A stretch of DNA of 64,000 bases from an uncultured Bacilli bacterium (GCA_947627225.1 CANQVB010000001.1:564-64563); one strand, 5' to 3'; shown: positions 37,421 to 49,033, counted from the first letter of the stretch. A program made the numbers and translations. Notes: generated from the letters alone by a model not told the origin.

Positions 37421-39424
37421 CTATTTTCTAGTTAAAGTCTTTACTTTATCCTCTGCCATTATATCACATTTTTGTGTATATCTACCGTTCTGATTCAAAA
37501 TAAATTCTACATTATGTAGTTTGCCATCTTTTACTTGAATATAACCAGATGTCTGTTTAGACATTTTATTCTTATCTTTTTTTAGTGTTGTTGGAGAATA
37601 CGGTAACATTAAATCGTGAACAGAATATGCTGCTACTTCAACTTCATTCGGTAAGAATTGCTCTAATTCTTCGTTCATTCTTTCCATATTATATTTTTTT
37701 TCGTCCTCAGATACATGGGAATCCCAAACAATATGCGCTACTAAACTGTTATTATTTTCTTCTGTTGGCATTGGTAAGACCACAACGTCATGGATAAAGC
37801 TATTTTCTCTTATTTTATTTTCAACATCAAATAAATATAATTCTTGTTCATCTGATAATTGAATTGAATCATTTAGTCGTCCCCAAACATAAAGAAATCC
37901 ATTCTCATCCATTTCAACTATATCACCAGTTTTAACCCATCCATCTACTAAAGCCTGTTCTGTTAACTCTTTCTTATTATAATATCCCTTCATTTTAGAT
38001 TTGGCTTTTACTCTTAATTCTCCTCTTTGGTTATAAGACAATTCATTACCATTTTTATCAAATACACCTGCGATCATACCAGCTTGTACTGCTCCAACAG
38101 TAGCAATAGGTTTTGAATAATTATGTTCAACATCAACTCTATCAATACTTATTCCGGAAAAAGTTTCTGAAAGTCCATACCCACCATATATTCCACTCGC
38201 ATGACAAGAATTCATTATATCATTCCATTTTTCAAAACTTTTATTATTGGTTCCTTCTCCACCAACCATCCAACCTTTTGCATAACTAAAATCAAATTTT
38301 TTTCCTTGTTTCATCTCTTGTGTAATACGATTAAAAAATGCTTCCCACATACTGCTAGTATTGATACAAATATTGGGTTTTAATTTAACTAATTGATTAT
38401 AAAAATCGTTTTCTGAAACTCGTGGATCAATAATAACTGTTGCTCCATTCATTAGTGTAACAAGGAATAAAGAATTTAAAGATGTTGATGCTGTTGGTGG
38501 AAAGTGATTCAATGTTCTATAGCCTTTTTTATATGGAATGTCAGAATATGTTGTACTATAAACTTGTGAAATCACTGATTCGTTTGTTGCTATTACACCT
38601 TTTACAAGCCCTCCCGTAGTACCACTTGAAGAAGTTATAACTGCATTTCTATTTTTTTCAAATGGAACTTTAACTTTACCTGTGTAATAATCTGCAATTT
38701 CACGCGCTTTATCTATCCATATATATTTTTTATCATCAGGTATTTTTGTTTTATTTTTCTTTGCTTGTATACTATTTATAAATGATACAATTTCTTTTTT
38801 AGGGCTTGGCATATCTGCTGTTACAGTTGCTACAATTACTTTTTTGAATTTATCTTTTGAAAATTCTTCTCTAACATTTTGCCACATTCCATCAAAAACG
38901 ACTGCAATCTTTGCCTCTGTTGTTTCTTCTTCTAATGCTTCTTTACTCATAGCTAGTTTTAAGAAATATGGACAAGCTCCTATCATATTAAGTGCAAAAA
39001 ACATAGCACATATATCAGGTACAAATGGTCCATATATTGGAACAATTTCATTTTCTTCTACACCCATTGCTCTAAATGTTCTAGCCCATGTATAACATAA
39101 ATCTATAAATTCTTGCTTTGAAAAAATCTTTCCAAAATATTCAAGTGCTGGTACGTCATAGTACTCTAATAATTTATCTTCTATAACATCCCAAACAGTC
39201 TTATTAACAGGAATATTGTTTGCTAAGTTTTCTGCTCCTTTTTTATAATTTTTCAACCACACTTTATCTATGGATGGATATCCTGTTAATCCTTTTGAAA
39301 AATATGCTTCCTGCTCTTTAGAAACATTCAATATTTTCTTTATTTCCTCTACTTTTTGAATATTTTTACTTCTTACCGCTTCTTTTAAATCTTCTTTTAA
39401 CTTAGCGTATAATTCTTGATTCAT
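37421..39424 (-). CDS. AMP-binding (adenylate-forming) enzyme family protein with a roughly 100-aa N-terminal extension
   Basis: It has the core motif TSSSGTTGGLVKGV (SGTTGxPKG-like) and a C-terminal GWVKTGDIVEMDENGFLYVWGR. The 667 aa length is long for this family. It is co-oriented with the hybrid kinase immediately downstream. Confidence 0.65.
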   Translation of the reverse strand: MNQELYAKLKEDLKEAVRSKNIQKVEEIKKILNVSKEQEAYFSKGLTGYPSIDKVWLKNYKKGAENLANNIPVNKTVWDVIEDKLLEYYDVPALEYFGKIFSKQEFIDLCYTWARTFRAMGVEENEIVPIYGPFVPDICAMFFALNMIGACPYFLKLAMSKEALEEETTEAKIAVVFDGMWQNVREEFSKDKFKKVIVATVTADMPSPKKEIVSFINSIQAKKNKTKIPDDKKYIWIDKAREIADYYTGKVKVPFEKNRNAVITSSSGTTGGLVKGVIATNESVISQVYSTTYSDIPYKKGYRTLNHFPPTASTSLNSLFLVTLMNGATVIIDPRVSENDFYNQLVKLKPNICINTSSMWEAFFNRITQEMKQGKKFDFSYAKGWMVGGEGTNNKSFEKWNDIMNSCHASGIYGGYGLSETFSGISIDRVDVEHNYSKPIATVGAVQAGMIAGVFDKNGNELSYNQRGELRVKAKSKMKGYYNKKELTEQALVDGWVKTGDIVEMDENGFLYVWGRLNDSIQLSDEQELYLFDVENKIRENSFIHDVVVLPMPTEENNNSLVAHIVWDSHVSEDEKKYNMERMNEELEQFLPNEVEVAAYSVHDLMLPYSPTTLKKDKNKMSKQTSGYIQVKDGKLHNVEFILNQNGRYTQKCDIMAEDKVKTLTRK

Positions 39425-39698
39425 AAACCCTCCTAATTAGCCATAACATAAATCTATGGCATTTCTTTTTAAATATCAATGTATTTTTGTATACGTTATT
39501 TTTTGATTTTTATAGGATAATACTATATAGTCCACATAGTCTTCATTGTTTTCAAGCCTACAACCATATTGCTTGGATTCCTATTTGCTCTCTTTATTAT
39601 TTTTTCCTTTTTCTATATTTTAACATCGCCCCCAAAAAAATTTTACTACTGCTTTTGTTACAACATTATAGCACGGCTTTTTTAAGATGTAAACTTAT

Positions 39699-39725
39699 TT
39701 GAGTTTCGGTTTTTTACGAAGAAAT
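39699..39725. repeat. Solo left end of the MITE-like element (ttgagtttcggt...)
   Basis: The sequence tatttgagtttcggttttttacgaa matches the left TIR and the adjacent 12 bp of the 142-bp element. Confidence 0.4.
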
Positions 39726-39774
39726 TGAGCCAAATTTTATTATGAATTAAACCAAATTAAACCAAAGAGACATT

Positions 39775-41305
39775 TTCCTATAAAACTTAAACTATCATGG
39801 ATAGATAGATTTTACACAGAAATTTTTACACTCTCTATTAATGCTCAATATCATCTTTTTTATTTTCATTTAAAACTTTTTCTACTTCACTAATTAATTG
39901 TTCTTTATCAGGAATATAGTAAGTATAAGTAGAAGCAAAAATATTATTGGATAAGCCACCTAAAGCAAACTCTAACATTATATTATCTTTTTCAGCACAT
40001 AAAATGATACCAATAGGTTTTCCATCATCTTCTGAATTTACAACTTGTTCGTAATAGTTTAAATACAAATTCATTTGTCCTAGATTTTCTGCTTTAAGAT
40101 TATTCATTTTCAAATCAATTAGTACATATGATTTTAAAAATTTATTATAAAATACCATATCGACATAATAGTCTGTATTATTAAGTGTAATTCTTTGTTG
40201 TGTTCCTACAAACATAAACCCTTTACCAAGTTCAAGTAAAAAATCTTCAATGTGTCTTATTAGTTTATATTCCAAATCTTTTTCTAAAATTGGCTTTTGC
40301 TCTTTGATTCCAAGAAATTCAAAAACATAAGGTTGTTTAACAATATCACTAGGTTTATTTAAAATTTGACCTTCTTTTGATAACGCTAAAACTTTTTCTT
40401 TATTAACTTGACCATCTGAAAGAAGCAATCTTTCAAATAATGAAGTATCTAATTGTCTTTTTAATTCTCTTACAGACCAATTTGAATTAATACATTCTTT
40501 TTCATAAAAATTACGTTTATCTTTGTCCTTAATAATCATTAATTCACAATAATGTGACCAACTTAATTTTTCATTTAATTTCTCAAAATTTGGATAAACT
40601 TTATAGAAAACTCTCATATATTTTAAATTAGATATAGAATATCCTTTTCCTAAATATTTAGTAAGTTCATCTGATAAGCCTTTTAAAATTTCTTTGCCAT
40701 ATTCTAATCGGTTGTTAAATTCATTTTCATTTGAGACTATTATTCTTCCTATATTCCAATACACATAAATAATAGATTTATTGATCTCATTAGCTAAATT
40801 AGATCTAACTTCTTCTACTAAATTAGTAATTTCTTGAATCATTTTATTGTTGCGTTTTTCTAGCATAATTGCTCCTTTCTAAATTAGTCAGACGCGTCTG
40901 GCCAATCTTTTTTTATTTAAAATTTTAATAATATTTTATCATATAAATTGCTAAATGGTGTTAATATGAGTTAATTTTTCGATTGTTTTGTTTATGACAA
41001 AATTATTAACCCCTAGGAATTTTGACAAATATATCAAAATAATCCTATGTGGATTTTATTGAAATAAAAAATCATCTCATTTAGAGATGAAATATATTTG
41101 AATGTTCAAAAAGTTCGAACAGATTCGCTAGTGGAGCGAATGCTTGTTAGGCTATGAACACCCAACAAACATAAAATCCATAATTATTTGATGTTACAGT
41201 TCAGATGGAATACAACAAAAATTAGGTAGAAATTAGCTTATCCAAAGTCTGTAAAAAAATCTGTGTAAAATCTATCTATCCCTGATAGATTCAGTTTTAT
41301 AGGAA
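39775..41305. mobile_element. 1.53-kb cassette bounded by 57-bp imperfect inverted repeats (about 52/57 identical) and carrying a single DUF1016/YhcG-type gene
   Basis: Left IR at 39775..39831 is ttcctataaaacttaaactatcatggatagatagattttacacagaaatttttacac. The reverse complement of 41249..41305 is ttcctataaaactgaatctatcagggatagatagattttacacagatttttttacag. Confidence 0.4.
39838..40866 (-). CDS. PD-(D/E)xK nuclease domain protein, DUF1016/YhcG family
   Basis: The N-terminal region IYVYWNIGRII...EYGKEILKGLSDELT...GKGYSISNLKYMRVFY and the C-terminal YVDMVFYNKFLKSYVLIDLKMNNLKAENLGQMNLYLNYY are collinear with YhcG-like proteins. Confidence 0.75.
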   Translation of the reverse strand: MLEKRNNKMIQEITNLVEEVRSNLANEINKSIIYVYWNIGRIIVSNENEFNNRLEYGKEILKGLSDELTKYLGKGYSISNLKYMRVFYKVYPNFEKLNEKLSWSHYCELMIIKDKDKRNFYEKECINSNWSVRELKRQLDTSLFERLLLSDGQVNKEKVLALSKEGQILNKPSDIVKQPYVFEFLGIKEQKPILEKDLEYKLIRHIEDFLLELGKGFMFVGTQQRITLNNTDYYVDMVFYNKFLKSYVLIDLKMNNLKAENLGQMNLYLNYYEQVVNSEDDGKPIGIILCAEKDNIMLEFALGGLSNNIFASTYTYYIPDKEQLISEVEKVLNENKKDDIEH

Positions 41306-41371
41306 TCTTAGTAGATTCAAGAATTTTAATGATGTGTACAACTATGTCCATTTATAAAATTCATCTTTCCT

Positions 41372-42907
<1,536 letters not shown>

Positions 42908-42912
42908 TCACT

Positions 42913-44655
42913 TTATCTTACTCCACCACCGGAAGAAAATCCACCAGAAGATGCATCGCCCGGAGAGGAATCAACTCGATAATTCTTTCCTGTTGAAGTA
43001 TCATCACTTCCATAAAAGGAAGTTCGTAAATTACCTTGTGCCATAGCAAACGTATCCCTACAAGTTTGGTAGCCAACCTTCGCATATTGTAAAGCAAAGT
43101 CGATTCTTTCTCGATCTTTAAAGCCATCTAGCCAAAGATAATCTGGATAAAACCGTTCCATATTCTTCTCTACTTCTTTGGTCATTCCAAAAAGCTCTGC
43201 TAAAATCAAATATTCTTCCCAAACGATTGCTTGGTTTGCTTCTTTTTCTTGAAAATTTCCAAAATCAAGCAAAAAATGCTTAAGCCCTACTAACTGCTTG
43301 CCCACCTTTTTTGCACCTTCTAATAAAACCAAATACTCCCTGGTTACTTTTCGATAGCCAATCGTCTCTTCAAATCTTTCACGCTTCAACAGGCCATCTT
43401 GTTCCAAAGAAGTCTTTCCGAAATAAGAAAAATCAGAAAACCAAGAAACCAATTGCTGATAGTGACTTCGACACCATTCTTTAAAATCATCCATTTCTAG
43501 AAATCCATCACAAGATGCACTTAGAAAAATATTTTTGAGTCTTTCTTCCATTTTATCTTGAAATGTTCCGATGTTTTTAAATTGGATTGCAAGTTTCTTT
43601 GTATCCTCTTTTTCTTGAAAAGAAATTCTTTTTTCTTTCAACCATTTTAACAAGTATGCACCTAGAATATGACTTTCTTCTTCCAACAAATCAAATTTAT
43701 AAGCCAAATAAGATAATTTACATAAATTTTTTCCAAGCGGAATCTCTCGATAATAAAAGTCATCTTCGACTTCTATCTTTTCCTTTCTAGCATGCTTTCC
43801 GATATGCTGGCTTCTTCGCATTATAAGATACCGAAAGAAAGAGATAAGCATGAAGAGGAAAAAGAGAACAACTGGGACCATATAAATGATCCATTGAAAC
43901 GGAATCCCTACATTTTTTGGAGTACTTGAAAAAGACTTTGTTTCCCCTACTTCCGCAAATGATTTATCTACTTTGCTAGCAGGATGAAACAATCCATTTT
44001 GAAAAGCAATGCGTGCTGTCATATACTGGTCTTTTTCTAAGGCATTCCTCGTTTCCATCACAATTTTCCCATTCTGATAGAAAATGACTCCATTTGGATA
44101 ACTAGATGCCGCAATACTACTATTTTCTTTTTCGAAAGAAAGTGCATCACTTTCGATTTCAATGATCACTTTTTGGGGACTTGGATCCATATCAGTTGGC
44201 ATAAATGTGAAATATATTCCCTGTTTATCTTGGTATTGTTTTACAAGATTTCTAATTTTATACTGTATTTTATACTGCTGGGTTCCATATTCACTAATTC
44301 CCCAACATAGTTCTATTTTGTTTTGGCCTTTTACAATCCCATTCTTATACTTTTTTTGGTCAAAATCATCTTTTACATTCCAAGAATCTTGGTACTGATA
44401 AACCTCTCCATTTCCCATGGAAACGTTAAAATCAGAAATAGAATACGTCTCTAAGTTCCCATACGATTTATAAAGCTCTGTACCTCGATCTAAAAAAGTA
44501 TCCCAAACTTCTTTGACATTGGCATCTCCATTTTTTTGAAGGAGAATTTCAACCTGAATCTTCTCAATTCTGTTGTAAGCATTTACTTGAAAAGGTGCCA
44601 GGAACCAAAGAAAAAGCACAAGCAATAAACCAAATTGAAAGGTAGTCTTTTTCAT
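42913..44655 (-). CDS. DUF2207 domain-containing membrane protein
   Basis: It has an N-terminal signal peptide, a central TM pair and a C-terminal Gly-rich tail SSGGFSSGGGVR typical of DUF2207. The start is taken at the ATG for MKKTTFQ; the track begins at a GTG at 44667. Confidence 0.65.
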   Translation of the reverse strand: MKKTTFQFGLLLVLFLWFLAPFQVNAYNRIEKIQVEILLQKNGDANVKEVWDTFLDRGTELYKSYGNLETYSISDFNVSMGNGEVYQYQDSWNVKDDFDQKKYKNGIVKGQNKIELCWGISEYGTQQYKIQYKIRNLVKQYQDKQGIYFTFMPTDMDPSPQKVIIEIESDALSFEKENSSIAASSYPNGVIFYQNGKIVMETRNALEKDQYMTARIAFQNGLFHPASKVDKSFAEVGETKSFSSTPKNVGIPFQWIIYMVPVVLFFLFMLISFFRYLIMRRSQHIGKHARKEKIEVEDDFYYREIPLGKNLCKLSYLAYKFDLLEEESHILGAYLLKWLKEKRISFQEKEDTKKLAIQFKNIGTFQDKMEERLKNIFLSASCDGFLEMDDFKEWCRSHYQQLVSWFSDFSYFGKTSLEQDGLLKRERFEETIGYRKVTREYLVLLEGAKKVGKQLVGLKHFLLDFGNFQEKEANQAIVWEEYLILAELFGMTKEVEKNMERFYPDYLWLDGFKDRERIDFALQYAKVGYQTCRDTFAMAQGNLRTSFYGSDDTSTGKNYRVDSSPGDASSGGFSSGGGVR

Positions 44656-44753
44656 CACAAGGCTCACATCCTTCTACACTTCTAGTATAGCATAAGAACA
44701 AAGAAAAAAAGGACCATTTTGAAATGGATCATTCAAAAACAGTCCTTTTCCAT

Positions 44754-46424
44754 CTAATTTATTTTTTTAAGTTGTTTAAAGTGATAGTAGCCATTGTGTT
44801 TATCAAACGTAATTTTATACTGATTGACTTTAGCTTTCAGTGTTGTAAATACCTCTTCTTCCTCGTCAACTGTACCAAGTTTTGTAGTCTTTTCTTCATC
44901 ACTATACACTTGATAAGGCCCTACAGATTCTTCCATAGGATCCATAGAATCCGTAGACCCTGATGGAATGACATAGGCTCTTCCAACGGTAACAGTCGTA
45001 TCTGTCTTTTCTAAAATCTTTAAATAAAGGTGTGGCTCATTTGGAAAGACAATGCCTCCACAACCACCAACAACAATGTAACCACCTTTTGCTTCATCGT
45101 AAGTAAATCCACTACAAACAGCATCGGCTTTGATTTTATGATCATACACATAATTATTTCCATACATATCATGGAGTGCATTTTTGATTTCTTTTTCGGT
45201 ATAGACTTCTTTTCCAAAATCAAAGTCATCAAGGCTATTTAAATAACTGTAAAGAAAATTGGAAAGTGGTGTATCTTTTAAATCTTTTGCGAAAAGTTCT
45301 TTGGTATCTTTTGTAATGACTCTGGCAGAGGAATTGATTCCATAATCTTTGATTTCTCCGTTATAAAAATATAAACCTAATTCATAAGAAAGTGCATCTT
45401 CAAGATTTTTGATACCTGATGTATAGTTTTTATTTTCAATCTCTTCCATTGCCTCTTTTTTATCTTCAATTGCATCCACTTGTTTTTTGACTTCATCTTC
45501 TACCTTTTCGGTAACTAAATCTTCTTGAGAGCGATAGTCATCTACACCTTTTTTAACAGCTTCTTTTAAGTCCTTTTCTTCATAGGAAGAAGCATAATCC
45601 ATTTTTCTATCTTCTACGTTTGGTTCTACAAACGTCTCTTCATATTCGGTAATGGAAAGCTTTTTGCCATCTTCATCCATCACCGTTTCCTTGACACCCT
45701 TTTCAAAGGTGTAGGCCTGTTCTTCCGTACCTGTTTCCTTCTCTAAAATCTCATCCCCTACACTCTTATAAGTATCCTCATTTTTCGTTTCGGTATGGGC
45801 ATAATAATCATATTCTTTTTCTTTCATATTATATAGAAATTCAATATCCGTTGGATTATCATACACCAAAACATTTACTTTCCCATCTTTTAGATAATAG
45901 ACATTGGAATAGGTTTTCTTATTCTTTTGATAGACAATAACCATCACAGGATCTTCATAACCTGAAATTTGATAAAATCCTAGTTTACCATTCTTGATGT
46001 TTTTAGGAAGTCCAGCTTCTGTTTCCCTTTCTTTTTCGTGAACCTCTTTTAAATAGACATAGTATTTTTGTCCCCAAACTTCTTCAATTGGCTTCTTTAA
46101 ATCTAAATACTGTAAAAAGAAATAAAGGAAAATGCCAATTAAAAGAAGGACGCCTAGAGAAATAGAAGAAATCAAAAGAATCAGTTTCTTTTTGCTTTTC
46201 TTTGGTTTCTTTTCCGGTGCGTTAGAAGTTTCTTCTTTCCTTTCCTCTTCCAAAACAACTTTCTCTTCTTTTGGTTTCGCCTCTTTTTCTATCCTCTTTT
46301 CTTCTTGCACTTTTTTCCGAGAAGACGTTGTTTGTGCTTTCTTTTTTGTAGGTAATGACGTTCCACATTCCTTACAAAATTTTGCTGTATCGCTTAACTT
46401 TTTTCCACATTTTGGACAATACAT
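44754..46424 (-). CDS. Zinc-ribbon domain-containing membrane protein with a large extracytoplasmic C-terminal domain
   Basis: The N-terminus MYCPKCGKKLSDTAKFCKECG is a Cx2C-x10-Cx2C ribbon. It is followed by a K/E-rich linker, a single TM segment, and a 450-aa acidic ectodomain ending with a Cys-rich GGCGG segment. Confidence 0.55.
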   Translation of the reverse strand: MYCPKCGKKLSDTAKFCKECGTSLPTKKKAQTTSSRKKVQEEKRIEKEAKPKEEKVVLEEERKEETSNAPEKKPKKSKKKLILLISSISLGVLLLIGIFLYFFLQYLDLKKPIEEVWGQKYYVYLKEVHEKERETEAGLPKNIKNGKLGFYQISGYEDPVMVIVYQKNKKTYSNVYYLKDGKVNVLVYDNPTDIEFLYNMKEKEYDYYAHTETKNEDTYKSVGDEILEKETGTEEQAYTFEKGVKETVMDEDGKKLSITEYEETFVEPNVEDRKMDYASSYEEKDLKEAVKKGVDDYRSQEDLVTEKVEDEVKKQVDAIEDKKEAMEEIENKNYTSGIKNLEDALSYELGLYFYNGEIKDYGINSSARVITKDTKELFAKDLKDTPLSNFLYSYLNSLDDFDFGKEVYTEKEIKNALHDMYGNNYVYDHKIKADAVCSGFTYDEAKGGYIVVGGCGGIVFPNEPHLYLKILEKTDTTVTVGRAYVIPSGSTDSMDPMEESVGPYQVYSDEEKTTKLGTVDEEEEVFTTLKAKVNQYKITFDKHNGYYHFKQLKKIN

Positions 46425-46435
46425 TTTCTTTCCTC

Positions 46436-47155
46436 CTAATCTCTTCCAAGGGCATCACTTGCATCATCTGCATACTCTGTAAGTTCAAAGGCAATATCAA
46501 GTGCTGTTCTTTGATTTCCGTTCACTTCATAATAGGCAAAGATACTATCATGATTGTGCCAGTCGGCATAAAAAATCATTTTAATCAGGTCCCCATCTTC
46601 CCGCATTCTACCAGTAACCAACACAGCAGGGGATCCTTGATACATAATATCTTGCCACCGTTCTCCAACTAACATATAATCAACAGTCTCTCCTAGTGTT
46701 ACATGTTGATCTTCTAAAGCATAACTTTGCCATTTTCTAACTTCTTGTGCATTTCTAGAGTATCCTCTTCCAAAGAAGAACCAAATTAGAAAACAAACAA
46801 GAATTAAAAACACAACAAGTCCAATCGTAAGACCATAGACAAGTTTCTTATGTTTTTGAAAGGAAGGTGGTAATTTTGCAAAAATTGTCTTGTCAACCTT
46901 GGAAAGATTTTCTTTCACAACAGGCATCTGTTCTTTTGCCTTTTTGGCAACTTCTTTGGTCTTTTTAACTCCTTCTTTGACCAACTTTTCTGTCGCATCG
47001 ACTCCCTTATTAATCACTTCTTCTGACTTTTTTACAGCTTCATCTAGCTTTCCTTCTTCTTTCTTTTGGGTCGTTTTTTCTTTTAAATTTGCCCCACAGT
47101 TCTCACAGAATTTAGAATCATCACTCACCTTTTCCCCACATTTAAAACAATACAT
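46436..47155 (-). CDS. Zinc-ribbon domain-containing membrane protein (paralog 2)
   Basis: The start is taken at MYCFKCGEKVSDDSKFCENCG; the track ORF extends to 47170. A K/E-rich linker, one TM segment and a 110-aa C-terminal domain follow. Confidence 0.55.
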   Translation of the reverse strand: MYCFKCGEKVSDDSKFCENCGANLKEKTTQKKEEGKLDEAVKKSEEVINKGVDATEKLVKEGVKKTKEVAKKAKEQMPVVKENLSKVDKTIFAKLPPSFQKHKKLVYGLTIGLVVFLILVCFLIWFFFGRGYSRNAQEVRKWQSYALEDQHVTLGETVDYMLVGERWQDIMYQGSPAVLVTGRMREDGDLIKMIFYADWHNHDSIFAYYEVNGNQRTALDIAFELTEYADDASDALGRD

Positions 47156-47320
47156 CACATACCTCCTCATTCCCTACAATAAAACTAGAAACTAAAATTT
47201 TTTCTTCTTTATTCTATTGTTTATTCTTCTATAATATACCGCCATAATCAAGATTTTGTCAACGAAGTTCCCTCCATTTTTTTTGCAAGAAAAAAGGCAT
47301 GTATTTTTGCCTTTTTAGTT

Positions 47321-48493
47321 TTACTTTAAATTCCAGATTGCATCTTCAATTTCAAAGTAAAGATCTCCTTTTATACCTTTCAATTGATTATTTCCAACAA
47401 TCTTAAAACGATATTCATCTCCATTAGATCTCACATAAATTAACTGATCATAATACAATGTGAAACTTCCTGTTGTATCATAATTTCCTGTTGTAAACAC
47501 TTTAGATAAAGATGCCGAACCATTATTATTTAAGACAAGTAAATAGTCACCATAAGCATAGGTTCCATATTGAACACTATAGTTCTTATTTGAAATTTTT
47601 GTACTATCTTTCTCCAAGTTGTTGTCTTTTATGTTTTGAATTTCTCCTTGAATTCGTTCTTCTTCACTACTGCTTACATAGCTTTTTTCTTCTTTATATT
47701 TTTTATCTAATCGTTTTAAATCACTCTCTAAATTCTTTTCTGAAATAGTATACATATCTACTGTAATTGTAGCTTTAATATAGGTATAATTAAATTCTTC
47801 ATCATCGATGTCATATTCATGATTTTCATCTTTATCTTCAATTTCTTCAATATCACTTTTTTCACTAATAATATCAAGGATTGGTAGATATTCTACGCCC
47901 TCATAATCCTTTGTTTCAATATAGTAAGCATAATCTTCATTCTCAACATCGTACAAAATACTTAGAAAATATAGTGGATATTCTTCGCTTTCTCGAACTT
48001 CATCTCCATGAAGAGATAAAATTTTCAAAGTGGATTGCTTTCTATCATTTAAATATTTGAGTACAAGTTCAGGTTCTTTGTCTTTTTCAAAATCAATCAA
48101 AACACCTTCAATATCGTCTTCTTCCAAGATGCCTTCTTCTTCAAAGTAGTCTTGGTATTTTTCAAGATAATTCTTTTCCTGCACTTCTTCTACTTTATTT
48201 TGTTCGATAGGTTCCTTCTTAGGACGCATACTGCCAAACCAAATTGCAACAGCAACAGCAATTATAAGTAGAACTGCCACTGAAATGGACACAATCAAAA
48301 TAATCATATTTTTATGACTTTTTGGTTTGTCATCTTCTGTTTTAGAAACTTCTTTTTCTTTTTTTATTTCTTCTTTTTCTAAAGTTTCTTCCTTCTTTTT
48401 TTCACTTTTCTTGGACTCTTCTAAAGCTTTTCCACAACTTTTACAGAATTTAGAATCTTCCTTTACTTCTTTCCCACAATGAGGACACTGCAT
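47321..48493 (-). CDS. Zinc-ribbon domain-containing membrane protein (paralog 3)
   Basis: The N-terminus MQCPHCGKEVKEDSKFCKSCG is followed by a K/E-rich linker, one TM segment and an acidic 300-aa ectodomain. Confidence 0.55.
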   Translation of the reverse strand: MQCPHCGKEVKEDSKFCKSCGKALEESKKSEKKKEETLEKEEIKKEKEVSKTEDDKPKSHKNMIILIVSISVAVLLIIAVAVAIWFGSMRPKKEPIEQNKVEEVQEKNYLEKYQDYFEEEGILEEDDIEGVLIDFEKDKEPELVLKYLNDRKQSTLKILSLHGDEVRESEEYPLYFLSILYDVENEDYAYYIETKDYEGVEYLPILDIISEKSDIEEIEDKDENHEYDIDDEEFNYTYIKATITVDMYTISEKNLESDLKRLDKKYKEEKSYVSSSEEERIQGEIQNIKDNNLEKDSTKISNKNYSVQYGTYAYGDYLLVLNNNGSASLSKVFTTGNYDTTGSFTLYYDQLIYVRSNGDEYRFKIVGNNQLKGIKGDLYFEIEDAIWNLK

Positions 48494-48687
48494 TTTTCTT
48501 CACTCCTTCATCTATTCTCTATAGCCTATTTTATGTATATACAAGCAGAAAGTCAAGTATGAAGTAAATTTTTCTATTGCTTTAAAGGGAACACTCTCTA
48601 ACTTATTTGAAATCATAAGAGGATTGTCAAACCAATTTTTTTGTGTTATTATGTATTTGTCAAGGATACCTTGCATAAAATAAAAAG

Positions 48688-48769
48688 GAACATTCAATAT
48701 GCCGTGTTGAGTGTAGCCAATGTTTGGTTCCACCTAATTCAAAGCAGTTGAGTTAGGTGGATTTTTTTT
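48688..48769 (+). ncRNA. Putative antisense sRNA convergent to the M1 small ORF
   Basis: A plus-strand TTGTCA...TAAAAT promoter-like element lies at about 48652..48681. A conserved block ggaacattcaatat...gttgagtgtagcc is followed by the hairpin ccacctaa...ttaggtgg (48730..48760) and a T8 tract. Confidence 0.3.
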
Positions 48770-48851
48770 ATATCAATACTATAAAAAGTAAAAATAATAA
48801 AAGGAAGATAATGATAATTAAAGATAGTATTAAAAAATCTTTCTTATGCAT
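48768..48851 (-). CDS. Small hydrophobic peptide (27 aa, MHKKDFLILSLIIIIFLLLFLLFIVLI), putative type I toxin (module M1)
   Basis: The SD GGGAGG precedes the ATG. The peptide is near-identical to the 11917..12000 peptide, and the whole roughly 350-bp module is conserved. Confidence 0.4.
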   Translation of the reverse strand: MHKKDFLILSLIIIIFLLLFLLFIVLI

Positions 48852-49033
48852 TCTCTCGCCTCCCTTCTTTTAGAGAAGTTTGGCTCCACCCAACTTATTC
48901 AATGTTCCTAAAATAATTATAGCAAACGTTTGTTTTTGAAACAATGCTTTTATATTAAATTTGAACACGCTTGATAAAAGTGCGTTTTTATGTTATGATG
49001 TATTCGTCAAGGGAACTTGCATAAAATTTAAAA

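Noticed and set aside
40885-40906. Perfect 12-bp palindrome cagacgcgtctg followed by a T tract, upstream of the yhcG-like gene
   Set aside because: It is oriented as a plus-strand terminator-like hairpin, but it lies in the promoter/5' region of a minus-strand gene. It is more likely an operator or chance palindrome, and the support for a feature call is too weak.
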